A stretch of DNA of 64,000 nt, taken from the NCBI GenBank assembly GCA_029953675.1, contig JAMWBK010000005.1, forward strand, positions 2,542,001-2,606,000. The letters are read 5' to 3'. The translations under genes and the position numbers were made by a program. Numbering within the stretch: the stretch's first letter is position 1; the number at the start of each line of letters is the position of its first letter. A model generated the notes under the pieces. That model was not told where the DNA came from and made no database searches. It saw only the letters and a program-made list of their open reading frames with translations. Shown piece by piece: positions 10,845 to 24,640 of this stretch. The DNA comes from Rhodosorus marinus CCMP1338 (taxonomy: Eukaryota; Plantae; Rhodophyta).

Positions 10845-13297
10845 ATGATGGGATACGGACCTCAGGCGGGAATGTCTGGGCTTCTGAAGGAAGGTACGAA
10901 GCAGTTATCTGGAGTAGAAGAGGCTGTTTTGAGGAACATTGATGCATGTAAACAGTTGAAGACGATTCTCTGCACGTCAATTGGGCCGAATGGGATGAAC
11001 AAGATGGTCAAGAGTTACATGGGCAAATTGTTTGTTACTTCAGATGCCGCTACGATCGTTAGGGAGCTCGAGATCGTACATCCGGCAGCGAAGGTACGCC
11101 GAGTTTGGATTTTGAAGACTGTCGATATGTGAGGTTGCTGACCCCGTGCTGGGCACGATACCCTTGCAATGCTTCTGTTCAGCTCCTAGTGACAGCGAGC
11201 GAGTCTCAGGAAAAAGAATGTGGAGATGCAACAGCGTTGGTGATCGTTTTGGCAGGAGAACTCTTGGAAAAGGCGGAAGGTCTACTGAGGCTTGGTCTCC
11301 ATACGAGCGATATTATCCAAGGTAGCTTTTTCAACTCTTCTTCTAGACCTAAGTCTTCCTTCCGTCCCTCAGTGACTGAAACCAAACCAACCGCCGCCAA
11401 ACTAGGTTATGAAAAGGCTGGATTGGAGGCGTGCCGTATGCTACCCAACTTGGTCTCGTATGAGCTCGGAGACATGAAAAACGTATCGGAAGTTTCACAC
11501 GCATTAACCAGCTGTATTTCCTCGAAAATGCACGGCCTCGAGGACGTCATCGCACCGCTCGTTGCCGATGCGTGCATCTCAATTTTGCCAGCCAATATCA
11601 ACACCTTCTCCGTCGAGAATGTCCGAGTGACAAAGGTAAATGAGAAGAAAACAGCCAGGCATTCTATCGCTCCCGAAGCATCGTGATCATTGATCTGCTG
11701 CATGCTTTCAGTCAGTCCACGCATTCCTCTCTGCGGCTTTCTAGAGAACTCTGATTCCATGGTCAATGATTCTGAAGCCGGATTCTGATCGTCGACCTCA
11801 ACTGCTTGATCCCATCGCTTCTCACAGATTCCAGGTGCTTCAGTAGCAGATTCAATGGTGATCAAAGGTGCTGTGTTGACGAGCAACGCACAAGGAGTTG
11901 TAAAGCATGGTACAGTACCGTCTTCATTCATGAAAACGGAGCCTGTGATGAGGGCAGCAAAAGCTGAACAAAGGCTCTATTCGAACCCGCGTTTGCTCTT
12001 TGCTGATTTCCGGTCACAGTTCGGGACGCTAAGGTAGCGATATATACATGTGACTTCGAGATGGGACAGGCGGAGACAAAAGGAACAGTGCTGCTGACCT
12101 CTGCACAGGAGTTGATGGATTATAACAAGGGCGAGGAAAGAAACTTGGAGGAGAAAGTGAAAGATATCGTTGACAAGGGTGTGAATGTAGTCGTGAGCAC
12201 CAAGTTTGGAGAAGTTGCTGCGCATTTTCTTGACAAGTACAATGTGATGATGGTGAAGGTACGGCTAGGCACCGTCTTAAGACTTTGCTCTTCGGAGAAG
12301 CGACTGATTGACATTTATTTCATGGAAACGTCACTTTCGCTTTGATCAGTGTCCTTCCAAGCACGAGATGAGGAGGATAGCTAGGTCGACGAAAGCGATT
12401 GCACTTCCAAAGCTCCAGCCACCGACAATCGATGAGATTGGAAAATGTGACGTCGTAAGTGTTGAAGAGATAGGATCGACAAGATGCATTATATTCAAAC
12501 AGGAGCAAGAGGGATCGCGTGTCGCAACTATTGTGGTTCGTGGGAGTACGACGAACATGCAGGAAGATGTCGAGAGATGTGTTGATGACGCCGTGCACAA
12601 TTACAGAGGAATGTCAAGGGTGAGAAAACGAGTGAATGTTCAAGGAGATTTCTGAGAAGAGCTGACACGGACTTACGCCGTCCTTTGGCTTACCGTTTTC
12701 AGGACCCGAGGTTTGTTGCTGGAGCAGGGGCTTCAGAGATCGAAGCGGCTAGGTTCGTCGACAAAATGGGCGAAAAGGCTCCAGGGTTGGATCAATATGC
12801 AATTAGAAAATTTGCAGAGGCCTTGCAGATAATCCCGCGAGTTCTAGCGCAGAACTCTGGTCAAGATCCAGGGGTCGTAAGTTGCGCGATGCTTATTTCT
12901 ATACGTAGAACGTTGACGAATACTGACGGGTCTTGTGTCCTTCTTGTTTTCAAATACGTAGATGCTGAGCAACTTGATTGCTGCCCACGAGGGTAACAAC
13001 CCGTACATTGGAGTGGACATTGACGAGGGTATGCGGCTAACAAACCCTACAAATCTTTACTTACGCTAAGATAATTCTCACCCGGAATACGATTCGTGTG
13101 TTCTGTTAGGGACCGTCTGCAATGCTATGGACAAGCAGATTGTCGACCACTTGGCAACGAAGATGAACGCAATAACCTTGGCCACAGAAGCCGCGTGCAC
13201 AGTGCTCAGAGTCGATCAGCTCATAATGGCCAAGGCCGCGGGTGGACCCAAGCCCCGCGACATGATGGGGCCGGATGACGCAGATGAGGCCCCTTAA
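10845..13297 (+). CDS. CCT8: T-complex protein 1 subunit theta (chaperonin CCT8), multi-exon
   Basis: SGVEEAVLRNIDAC, TSIGPNGMNKM, VTSDAATIVRELEIVHPAAK, SQEKECGDAT, VVRGSTTNMQEDVERCVDD, GAGASEIE, APGLDQYAIRKFAEAL and a C-terminal IIMAKAAGGPKP. Confidence 0.95.
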
Positions 13298-13558
13298 AAA
13301 TGGCAACGGAACAATAACAGGACGAAAAATAAAATGCTAGACCCAAGCAAATTGTGGAGTTGTATCGAGTTTTATGGTTGGGAAGGGAAAGGCCGCGTAT
13401 ATACAAAAATTCTCCAGCCCTCGCACCAAGCCCAATTTTTCCTCCGAGCAGGAAGCCCGCAACCAGAAAGCAACGGTTGGACACATTCTAAATGCCGCTA
13501 AAGCCGAACTCCTCCAAGGAACACTCAAACCCATTCGCGAGTCACTTCCTACGACCTC

Positions 13559-16500
13559 CTAGCGGATGACCTCTAAGAGTTCTCCAGTTAGACTGAATGT
13601 ACGAGCTTGCGTTATCTTCACTGTTACTAGCTTCCCTCGCAACTCGTCGATGTTGCCTTCGAAGAAAGTCAGGCGGTTCGTACGTGTTCGTCCGAGCACC
13701 TGACCATTACGCCAAAAAAATGCTCTATGATTAATTCGAGTAGAGTGACCCTTGTTGACCTGCTCAACTAACCTGTGTCGGGTCTTTGTCGTTGCCTTCC
13801 TCGACAAGGATCTCTTCAGTCCTTCCCAGATAGCGTTGACTGCGTTCGTGAGCATCCTTTGCGGTCTGCTCGTTGATTATTCGCAACCTCTCAGCCTTCA
13901 CGTCCTCAGCAACTTGGGTATCCCAAATGGCGGCTACAGATCCAGAAAGATGTTTTCGATTAAACACAGGAGGCCCCACGTGCAAATTCTAATCAAAGCG
14001 AGGGTGGTCCTAAAGAAACCTACCTGGAGTGTTCGGCCTCGGAGAGTAGGCAGCAGTATGTACCGTATCAAATTGGATTTCTTCCATCAAGTCAATGGTA
14101 TGTTGAAACTCCTCGTCAGTTTCACCGGGAAATCCTACTATTGCATCCGCCGAGATAGCAGCGTCAGGCATGTACTGTTGCATTGATCAGAGAGAAGGCT
14201 CGGGAGTGAGAAACGATGACACGAACTCGAGGTCGTGCTCGCGGAGAGTCAGCCGAAACAGACTAGAGCGTGCATGGGTGGAAAACTACCATTCTGATCC
14301 TCTCAGCAATTTTCTTAAAGCGCTTTGCTGTGTACCCTCTCTTCATTTCCTTCAAAACCTTGTCATCCCCGCTTTGGAAGGGTACATGGAAGTACTCGCA
14401 CAACTGAAGGAAAAACGAAACCAAGAAGTCCGGTCCCGAACCCGAAGTACCAACTGTTAGCCGATTACTGTACAGCAACCTCACTGCTGCGATGCTTAAG
14501 GTCACCTTGGGAAGCTCATGGCAAGCTTTAATCAGCCTGCCTGTCATGTATCGGGGATGGGAGGTGGTGAAACGAATTCTCTCGATCCCATCCACATCAT
14601 GCACAAACCTCAGCAAGTCCGCCAAAGAATCCCTTGGGCGCAAGTCCCGTCCATAAGCATCAATATTCTGTCCGAGCAACACAATCTCTTTCACCCCCTG
14701 CTCGGCCAGCTGCTTAATCTCTTCCTTGATATTTTCGCGTGGACGACTCTGCTCCAATCCTCGCGTGGCTGAATCGGAATGAAACAACAGATATAGGCTG
14801 TTAGATCGCTCAACAAATACCGCTGGCCTCGCGCTTTTACAAAATCCCCGGCGACCGCAGAGCAGCACGGCGTTGACAAAATTCGTGAAGCAGGAATGGT
14901 ATCCAATATCCGGGCTGTACTTACTCGGAACGACGCAGTATGAACACCTCTCGTTGCAACCGTAGATTATATTTACCCATGCGGTAACCTTGCTATTCCT
15001 TTTGGGTTTTGAAATATCCTCCATGATATGAACTGGCTCGGTAGCGCAGACCTGAAACGATAACGGAGTACGCGGATAAGGTCATAGTCCATAGGCTTTC
15101 TGGGAATTTGATACGCTCACTAGGCTTACTTGGTTGCCTTGGTTGACCGAATCGAGCAATTCACCAAGCCGATTTGAGTACTGTGGGCCCATCACAATAT
15201 CCACCTCCGGAATCCGGCGCAGCAGTTTCTCCCCTTCTTGCTGCGCTACGCATCCCGAAACAACAATCGTGACTTCCGGGTTTTGCCACTTGCGCCTGGC
15301 ATGTCTGCCAACATACGAATAGACTTTCTGTTCCGCATGATCTCGGATAGAGCACGTATTGAACACTATCACATTCGATCTGAACGGATCATCGATTTCC
15401 TTGAAACCTGCTGCTTGAAGTTCCTGCGCAAAGAAAAGAAAGACCCGCAAATGATCGCCACTTAGAGAGCGCAAAGCAAGGACGAAGCCTGCTCCGTAGT
15501 GCAATCTCGGCCGCATGTGTGGCTTGCTCACTCGGTGAGATTGAGCAAGAGCAGACAAGCCTGCAGTCTACAGAGGTATAGTTGGACTACGCGTTCCATG
15601 AAAAGTGCAGCCTACCCCTGACATCTTCTCCGAATCTGCCTGGTTCATCTGGCAGCCCATTGTCTGCACGCAGTAGGTACCCTTGATCATCTCCGGGATA
15701 GCGTCCCTCTGGTTCCTCGGAATCTGGGTTAAAGGGACCGGCGCACCTCGTTTTGACAAGGAGGTTTGAATAGTATGTCTCGCATCTTCGACCACCAGTA
15801 CATGCCATCCACGCTTAGATTTCACCTGGCGAGGACCGGAGCAGCAATTGCACTTAGTTTCGAAAACCCCGCAGTCACCAGCCGTCAAAGAGAACTAACG
15901 AATACAAACCTTCTGCAAGGTGTTGGCACGGACACCAAAAACAATGTCCAGAATTTCGGGCTCAAGGTCTTCTGAATCCTGTTCAAACCATCCAAGGTCA
16001 CCACCTGTATTTTTAACGAGGAAGACGCACCAAATATGAGGATCCTTAAGTAAGATTTATTTCTTTCCATCTAAATCAGAATGGAAAAGCTCCTCCAGAA
16101 AAACAAAGGCACCAATTTCACAAAACTTACCGTTGGCCTTCGATATCTCGCAAATCGATAGCCCCGGCGCTAGATCACGCAAGGAAGTCCGCTCGGATTT
16201 GACAAGCTCGATGATATCATCTGCGAGCTCCTCAGTTTCAACTAATATGTGTCGTAGCTTCACACTCTCCACCTAACGAAGAAAAGCAGGAGCCCATATT
16301 AGAGCCACTTCTGTGATAAAACACAGGTGAACCGATGAGGAACACGCCTCCAAATCAAAGCAGCTCACATTTTCAGGATCGAAATCATAAAAAATCGGAG
16401 GAGGGTTCTTTGCCGCCACTAAAACAGTATTCTCCTCAGGCGCCATCGCGCATACAACCCGTCGATCCGGAGCTCGAGCCTGGAAAAAAAAAACAAGGAA

Positions 16501-16639
16501 GGGCAAAACCTCTACTATCAGACCACGAAACCCTCAGAAACGCACCCACCACGCTCCGTGAAACTTCAGACCCCCTCACCTCAATTCTCAAACTCTTCGA
16601 ATCCATCCACCTCCCCAAAGAGGGGATAAAACAAACCAT
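13559..16639 (-). CDS. miaB: Plastid-targeted tRNA-i6A37 methylthiotransferase MiaB with an N-terminal parvulin/PpiC prolyl isomerase domain
   Basis: MiaB motifs [35 protein letters not shown], radical-SAM [42 protein letters not shown] and a TRAM domain ([21 protein letters not shown]). Exons 16639-16532, 16479-16369, 16272-16131, 16004-15910 and 15825-15615 splice in frame, placing HILV..SIC..GGDLGWF..GWHVL ahead of MiaB. Confidence 0.9.
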
Positions 16640-17630
16640 TCTCCAACAAACACAGAAAATGAACACGCGCCTTTTCAAAACAGTATGATAAATTCCTCTG
16701 TACTAAGGATAGTTCGTATACACGTCTCACTCCAACAGGCACCAACATCAACCCCTTCCCCCCCCGTCCCTTCCCCACTCCCCCAAAGTCTCTTCCTCTA
16801 TATATATCCCATTTTCCCCACTGCGTTACCCGTCAACAAACCAAAAGTTCCACGGACCAAACCCTCAATACTCCCCCTACAACAAACCCAAACTAAAATG
16901 CATCAGTGAATAAATTTCGATTATATAATATTACTACTTTGGGACAAATATTCTAAACGGGGTTGGTGATTTGTGTTCAAACTTAGTGATTGGAGTGTTT
17001 TGTTGTGTTTTTAATGTTTTGAGATTGTTGAAGATCGAGGAGGCCATCGGGGGACGGTGAGATGGTGTGAGTGGATTTGGCTGCGGATTTCTGGATGGTA
17101 AGGGAGCTGCTTGGATCAAATACTGTTTCCGTGAGCGCCAGACCTACACTTTTCCCGGTGTGTACACGGCTCTGAGCTTCGTGTGATTGCGGATGAACAC
17201 ACCGCATTGTTTGAATCGCGGTAGTGGGTGGTAGTGACCAGCACTGATGCGGGGGTAAAGGGGGTTGATCGCGTTGCTTGCTAATTACGGATGTGCTTTC
17301 AGGATAAGTTGCGACTTTTTGAAGTAGCGAACGCGCTTCGTCTTCACACGCTGCCTCTCTCTCCCCTCTTCCTCCCTCGTGCCCCCCAGGCATGAAGGTC
17401 TCCAGACTCTGCGCAGCAACTCAAATCAACCTCCTTCGTCCCAGTATCGATGCTCGACAGACAACCTCTTTGGGATGTGTTTATACTGCTCCTTGAATTT
17501 TGTACCGTGTGCTTCCTCTTCCTCTTCATCCACCCCCAAATTGATTCACTTCAACATGGCGTTTCATGTCGGACGTAAGTATCATCCGTCAGGAGAGCAG
17601 AGGCTGACCGGATCTTAGGTAGATATTGAG

Positions 17631-17900
17631 TTTATGTTTTTTATACAAATTTGGATTGAAAATGGAAAGAGGCGGTTTTTTCGGGGCCGCATCTGTCAAC
17701 GATCGGGAACGGGCGGAAGTTTTGGTCACTATCGAGTTTATGTTTTTTGTTACAAATCGGTAAAAATTGGAACGACCCGCTCTTTTGCTGTGGGCAATAC
17801 AGTGTTTGTTGGGGGAAGTGTCATCTGTCGTCGATCGGGAAAGGGCGTTTTTTGGGGGTTAACTATGGGATTTATGTTTTTTGTTTACAAAATTGGTTCT
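17631..17900. repeat. Degenerate ~110-130 bp tandem repeat
   Basis: TTTATGTTTTTT..TACAAA at about 17631, 17737 and 17871. CATCTGTC..CGATCGGGAA.GGGCG at about 17690 and 17822. Confidence 0.65.
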
Positions 17901-19410
17901 AAAGTGGAAGACCTGCTTTTTTGGGTATAGAAAGCGGAGTTCGGTGAGGATGGCGTTAGTGGGTGGCTGGGTGGAGGACCAGCTTCCCTTGAGAACGGAG
18001 AGCTAGGATGGGGAGAAAAGTAGTACCTTTGAACACCTAGACTGGCGATTAATCTAGCTGTTTTATAGTGCACCAAGTAAACCCCCAACCACCTCCCTTT
18101 CTTGATGGATGGGGACGTGGTGGAAAGCATCTCGCAACAGTGCACTGGAAGAAGATGGTGGCGGAATGCTCTTACCGTGGATGAAGGAGTCTATGGTAGT
18201 TTGGTGGTCACTTCTGTTTGGAATAAGGAAGGAAATCGCAGCTCCAGCAGGCCTGGCCTGCGGGCATGTCAAGCAGATCCGGGACTTGTCGAAAGGAAGA
18301 GTTGAGAAGCGCTCTGGCTCCAGAGGGTCTGTCTAGAGTTTTTGGATAATTCTTGCTCCAACGCCTAATAGGGAATACCTACCAGACCAAACCAACTTAC
18401 AAAAACCTCCAGCAAATCCCTCCGCTGATCGAGAGATGGAAGGGCAAGCCCTCCACACCAGGCATCTACCTGTTGCAAGAGGTATGTGCAATCTCGGCCA
18501 GAGTTTTACTTGATGCTGTTTTAAGATTGTCACAAACTCCAGCCGTGCAATCTTCAACAACACTACCGTAACAACACACGCTCAAGAACAAACCAACAAC
18601 AATAACAACAACAAGTCACTTCGTTCGCAGCTCATGTCAAAAAGCCCAGTTAGAACGCGTCACGCAACTACAATCTACAGATTCACCTTTTATCTGCATG
18701 CTCATCCTAAGAAGCTCTCTCGAAAGCTTCTCATCTCACCCACACACTCCAACCCATCCTGTCCCAATTTACCTCTACCATCCGAAAACATAGCGACCAC
18801 AACAATTCATACAAACGAATAAAATTACTAAAATACTATATTATCTTCCTCAAAAAGCTGATTTTGTGACAAAATAGAAATAGAATAGTTTATATTTTAT
18901 ACCGTTTATATGACAATCGAGACACCGGTCGATGTAAACAGTAATTTAGGACAATCGATTGAGATATGGAAAACGGGGGGTGGTCGATTTCCCAACTGAC
19001 GAAGATGGTGCGCTAACTTTGCTGGCTTTGCCTCTAGTTTTGTTTGTTTGGAGGAGAGGTTTTTGGATGATAGTTTGACGTACTAGAGGCTTAGAGACTT
19101 TAACTTCTGGTGGGCATCCTTTATTGAAGTATTGTAAGGTCTTTTTGTGTTTGCGAGGTTTGTCTGGGCCGTGGTTTTCGTCAATGTGAGTAGAACAAGT
19201 TTTTGGGAGTTTGGATGGAGTCACGAGGAGACCCCTGAGGGAGGTACGGGAGAGAGAAACTAACCTCCTCGCGGACGAGTTTTCTTATGTTTTGGAGCGT
19301 TTTGATCCGGTTTTGTTGACTATGACTATCGGTTTTGTTTTGAGTACAGGATTCTGCTTTTTTTTTTGTCTTGTGTTGTTTTAGGTGAGTATTGTGGGGT
19401 AGGAGGCGGT

Positions 19411-20782
19411 ATGAGTTATTTCCCGGAAGCTGGTAGTCCCGTTTTCGGAGAAGGAAGTGGTCATGGATCTCCGTCACATCCGTTTAGAGGGGATGACGCG
19501 GATGTAGGGGCGTTCAGTTTGGATCCAGAACGTGAGTGGTATCCTTGAATTGTTTTCTTTGCTTGTGATACTCCAGGTTTCTGTTGTGAATTTTCTTTTC
19601 TGACTACTCCGTTCTACCCGACAGCTCATGCGGATGGCCCGTATATGGACTTTGAGCTTGCTAACATGGCGGTACCGGAGCTTCTCTCCGAAATTGATCA
19701 GAACCTGATTGGCGACCTTAAAGAAGGAGCTCCCGACGTTTTGAAAGCTCTGATGAAGCAGGAGCCTGGCTACTTGGATTTTCCTCCGAACCCAAGGACA
19801 GAGGAGCTAGGCAGAGCCGCAGCTTTTATTGATGACAGTGGAGTTAGCAATCAATCAGGTGAAGAACTGGACTAGCGAATTACTGTTATGAACCCCGAGA
19901 GATGAAGGCAGGACCGATCTGGTCCAACCTGGATATGGATGGATGATTTCCTCATCCGACGAGAATCTGAACTGCCGGAGTTCGTGCCGTTGTTTTGCAG
20001 GATTCAAAGCTGCAGCAGTTTCCAAAAACGAGGATATGTTGGAAGAAGCTGAGCCGAACTACTTGACGAATGACGCCGTTGCCCCGGGGGCCAGTCGAAA
20101 GACTCTGTCAAACGCGTCGAATACTGTCCAGGGTACTGAATCAGCCGAAAACAATGAGGGTATCAATGTCAATGGCGGAGCGAAGAAAAAGGCCATCAGG
20201 TTAGCAGCGTGCAAAGCATCACCCTTTCTCGGCCCTTCTACAGAGGAAGAACCCGAGGAGTGTGCACGAGCGCGCACCGAGTGCATAAAATGAAGTCAGC
20301 TCCTGACCGTTCAAACCGATCATTGCGGCTTCTCTAGGGCTGAGCGGAACAGACAATCAGCAGCGGCGTCACGTGAGAGAAAGAAGCATCATATAAGGGA
20401 GCTGGAGAGAAGAGTATCCATGTTATCGATGGAAAACGCAACTTTGCAGGTTGAGCAGTTCAACAAAATCAGGGAGCGCATTGAGGAGGAAAAGAGATTG
20501 GCGGATGAGAATCAAAGGCTGAAGAATCAGGTGAACATGCCTACTGTTTCCACTTCTCGCTTTGGCGTTTGCGGGGCCTGGTGTCCGCAAGTTACTAACC
20601 GAAATTGGATTTTGCATGACTTCTGCGGTATCACACACACACAGCTTGAATTCCTTGACAGGAAAATTGACCAAGTCTCAAAACTTCTCCGCGAGGCCGG
20701 GGTCGACACGGAGACGAAAACGGAAAGCGAAAACCCGAAAACTTGGGAGCCAGGAGATTTCCCCGGGGCCAAGAAAAAGTAG
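19411..20782 (+). CDS. bZIP transcription factor (multi-exon; 5' end uncertain)
   Basis: Basic region AERNRQSAAASRERKKHHIRELEKRVSML followed by a heptad zipper (LSMENATLQ..LADENQRLKNQ|LEFL). Acidic upstream exons are linked by GT-AG introns. Confidence 0.85.
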
Positions 20783-21109
20783 CGTACCCATACATTCAAG
20801 TACGCTGATTGATGGCCCTTGCAATGGCACATCGCCGCGGAGCTTGCGGTTTCTCCGGCTTCTACAGTGTTGCTCACGACACGTTGTACAACGCCTTGTA
20901 CAACATCCTCCGGTGGAGCATTGATGGGTTCGAACCAAACCGTTGGGGTCGAAAGGATTGTTTCTCAATTGGCTCGACCGGAACGCTTTAGATATGTGGG
21001 TTGGTCGTTCCTTTTCTCACCAGGGTTACAATGCTCTTCCTTTTTTGTTTTTCCTCTTTTATATTCACAATAATAACATAATAGCTTTCCGATGCGTTAG
21101 TTGAATAAC

Positions 21110-24100
21110 TTATTTCTCAGCAAGTTTGGTCTGCATCATCGAGACCGCTGTGATGACGTCATTTGGTGGGGACAAGCCCAGATCACCAGCTGTTTCCAAG
21201 GCCTTGTTGGCTGCGTCTAGGTCGGCCTTGGTGATCGCATGTCGAATGATCGTCTGCAAAAGCTGCATAGTCCAGTCTGATTGCGACTGAAGTGACGCTG
21301 CTAGCTGGATCGCTCTAGGATAGAGACCCTCCTCGCAGAGCAGTTCTGTCAGTATCTCATAGCACCTCATTGGCAGTCTCACATCCAGAGCTTGAATACA
21401 CTCGCCAAACCATTCTATCCCTTCCTGTACGCGTATGGCCTGGTTTGATCAAACCAATACCAACCCATTGAAGCGCCTGTTTCAGCATAACTCCTGAATG
21501 TGATGGGGTTTCCATGAAGTACGAGCTCTGCTGTCCTTACCTGTACTAATATTCGGAACTCTTTTGGCGCGGATAGCGACGCCCTTGTTTTTAGCATCGT
21601 TGCCAACGCGCTGGCAGCAGTGCCTGCCTCCCCACACCCCCACAACGCAATAATATAGCTCCGACAAAGTTCCTTCCAGGATCCAAGAGGAACAACAAAA
21701 AGTTAGTAGGAAACAGGCGAAAATGAGCACATATGACTCTGCTCTGTGCGTACAGCATCCTTCCCCCATCCGGCTGAAGTGGCCCGTTCCATCGTCGCCC
21801 TTACTTGATTCAAGTCCTTCCTTAAAGCAGCGATCAGCATCAGACTTGTCCAATACGCGCCTGTAGAACCATCGAACGTAAATCCAAGTTAAGCGTTGAC
21901 AACATGATCAAAAACAACCATAGTTGTTACTGCCATACCTCGGTTTTGATCATCTTTAAACAAGTAGTTGACCTTCACCGAAGCTTTGTCAAGAAGATCA
22001 GCCTCTTCAAGAGACTTCATTAGATACGTTAGACTGCGTCCATCCGGCGCTATTCCTTTGTCAGTCATCTCATCATGCAGGGCAATAGCTTCGATGGTTT
22101 TCCCTTGTCGTCTATAGACCCGCATCATCGAAGTGTACTGTACAATATTCCTTAACAAGCCGTCCTGGTGGCGACGCACACATGTAAAGGAACACGTGAG
22201 AAAGCTTGGAAGTACAAGCTTGTCGTGTTGTACGCAAAATGTTCGCTGATACCTGTCTCATCTCTTCAAAAATGCTCTCCGCTCCTTCAAAATCTCCGAG
22301 ATACGAATACGCGTTAAGCACAGAGGTCCGAACAACCAAATTACAGGAGAATCCTTTCGCCTTGAGCGTCTCGTATGTTCGAACTGCTCCTCTATGCTCG
22401 TTACTTTCGATAAACGCCTGAATTAACGTCGAAAACATATAATCACTACCTTGTATTCCGCGTCGTTGGCTCTCTTCTAGGTACTTCAAGGCACCTTGAA
22501 CATCCCCAACCTGCAATACACATTTCCGGGAAACCCAAATCAGCGCATGTAGATCTTCGGACTCAGGCAAGCTCGGTCGGGGTCACTTTTGCCATTTCCT
22601 CAGTCCCCGCGCGCAGCCGACTCTACCTTCATCCGGCTTCAGTTTGTTCGCGTGTTCGTCCTTACCTTCGCGAACGCATACATCAAGACACCTAATGCGT
22701 GCGAGTCAGCCTCGATCCCACGACTCTCCATCTCCCTAAAAAACAGTACAGCGTTCTTACAATCTCCAGCCTAATAGCATAGTAGCACAACAAAACATGC
22801 AGCCGGATGTTAGGGTGATGGCCAGACCGGTCTTCTCATAGGAAAAAGACCTCCACGACTCATTTCCTACCTTTGCAAACCCGTGGATAAGTGTCGTATA
22901 ACATATCAAGTTGGGTTGCAGCCCGGCGCTTTCTGTCATTTCAGAGTAGAGCCTTTCCATGCCGGACAGGTCCCCACTGGCCCCGCAGGCCTTTATTGCG
23001 CTTGTAAATGCTTTGACGTCCCATGCGATGTCGTATTTCGCGCTCAATTCTCGCGCATACTTGACCGCATCACTGCGCTTTCCGGGTTTGCTGTATCCCT
23101 TCATGATCGATGTTATGGTGATTGCATTTGGGACAACCTTGCAATTCTCCATTTCGCGTATAGCATTTTCCAGCTTGTCCAAGTCGCCCATTGTTGCGCA
23201 TGCGTCAATTAGGACACTGAAAGTATGTACGTCCGGCTTGTGCATGCTCTTCGTATTCACGTAGACTCGGAGGACTTGGTGAGTCTGACCTTGACGCAGG
23301 AGGCTTTTCATGCACAGGATTGTCATCGCCGAGGAAACAAATCTCGGATCAAAGTCAAGGAGATTGTACAGCTTCACAGCGTCCTGAACTCGACCAGTTC
23401 TCTTGTAATGCAGCATCAGGTTCGTGAAGTAGGACTTGTTAGGAGAAACGGATTGATCAGACAACCATCGGAACAGCTGCTGTTTGCTGCAATTGAGGTT
23501 TTCCGGAACAATCGAAAGACTAGAGGCACGAGGTGGCACATCCGAAGCTTCTCGACCTGCACTTGTACTCGTCCTTCTTCCCACCTCGCTCCCTGCGGCG
23601 TCGGCAGACCTCGTTGCTCTCCCTGAGGTTTCTTGGGAGCGCTCATCTTGTGAATAAATACTTAAAAGCGACTCTTCATCTACAGACAATCCTTGGCGTG
23701 AGAGCATTTCAGCTAGGGACGATGGATCCTTAAATATTTGACGGTCAACAACGAGCTCGCGCAATAGCATCCGAGTCAATGCCTGGTCGTCAAGAACTCT
23801 GCTCCATAGAACCCGAACAAGAGATAGAGAGTGGCTGAGAAACGACGGCTGCAAAATAATACAGGGAAAATAATGGTCGAGAAGCTTTGGAAACTGGAGG
23901 AGAGAGGCAACACATACTCTCGCAGTAACCGGAAAAAATTACTGAAAAGCTGCGCGTTTCTACTCAAAGCTGCTGCTACGAGAACACCCGCCAGAGCACT
24001 TGGCTCGTTGCCAGAAAACCGGAGCTGTCTTCTTTTGATCTGCGAGCGCGAATTTTTGTGAACGGAGGTAAATAGGGCAATGGGCCACTAATGTCTTAAG

Positions 24101-24640
24101 TAGAAACGACCTGGCGTGAACTTACCAAACCCTCGATCCTACGTTGGGAGACCAGTACCATCTTCTCAAGGACTGGACCAGCCTCGCTTCCTTTACTATT
24201 CAACGCGCTCGGATCGATGCCTTTCATTGAGCGCTTCGGATCGCCTTCAAACAATGAAAACCAGGATCCGACTACGCTCCCCGAAACCCCATGATTCTTG
24301 AAGCTCGTCCTCAGCTCTTGGAAAACTAGTTGCAATTTTAACGGATTGGACAATGCCAAAGGATTCAGATCAGCAAGAAAGAATCACAGCGACAACAACC
24401 CCTAGCCGTTTAGTAAAGTTCCTTACGGTCAGAAGGTTGCTGAAGGCGCAACGATCTGTCTGCACTATGCTTGTCCGGGACACTAACAGGCGGATTTTCT
24501 GTTGCTGAGGCTCGTCGTGCAACGCCTTGTCCGGCACAATTTTCAACCGGAGAGCACAGTTGTCTCACCTGTCCCATCAGTGCAACTCCATCCCTCACTT
24601 TTCTCGGATGAAAGGAGCCACAAAACCCCGTAACATTCAT
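21110..24640 (-). CDS. Pentatricopeptide repeat (P-class PPR) protein, probably organelle-targeted (5' exons approximate)
   Basis: Tandem 35-aa motifs: PDVHTFSVLIDACATMGD, PNAITITSIMKGY, DVKAFTSAIKACGASGD, PNLICYTTLIHGFAKVG, YMFSTLIQAF, NIVQYTSMMRVY and PDGRSLTYLMKS. Confidence 0.85.

Noticed and set aside
17290-17580. Reading frame interrupted by a single in-frame TGA (17393-17395), a possible selenoprotein
   Set aside because: There is no redox motif (CxxU/UxxC) context, no recognisable family and no SECIS that I could identify. The TGA lies just after a polypyrimidine-CAG acceptor, so the frame is probably not continuous.
17885-18700. Secreted Cys-rich protein or glycosyltransferase remnant on the minus strand
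   Set aside because: Multiple stops occur in every frame and no family signature is present.
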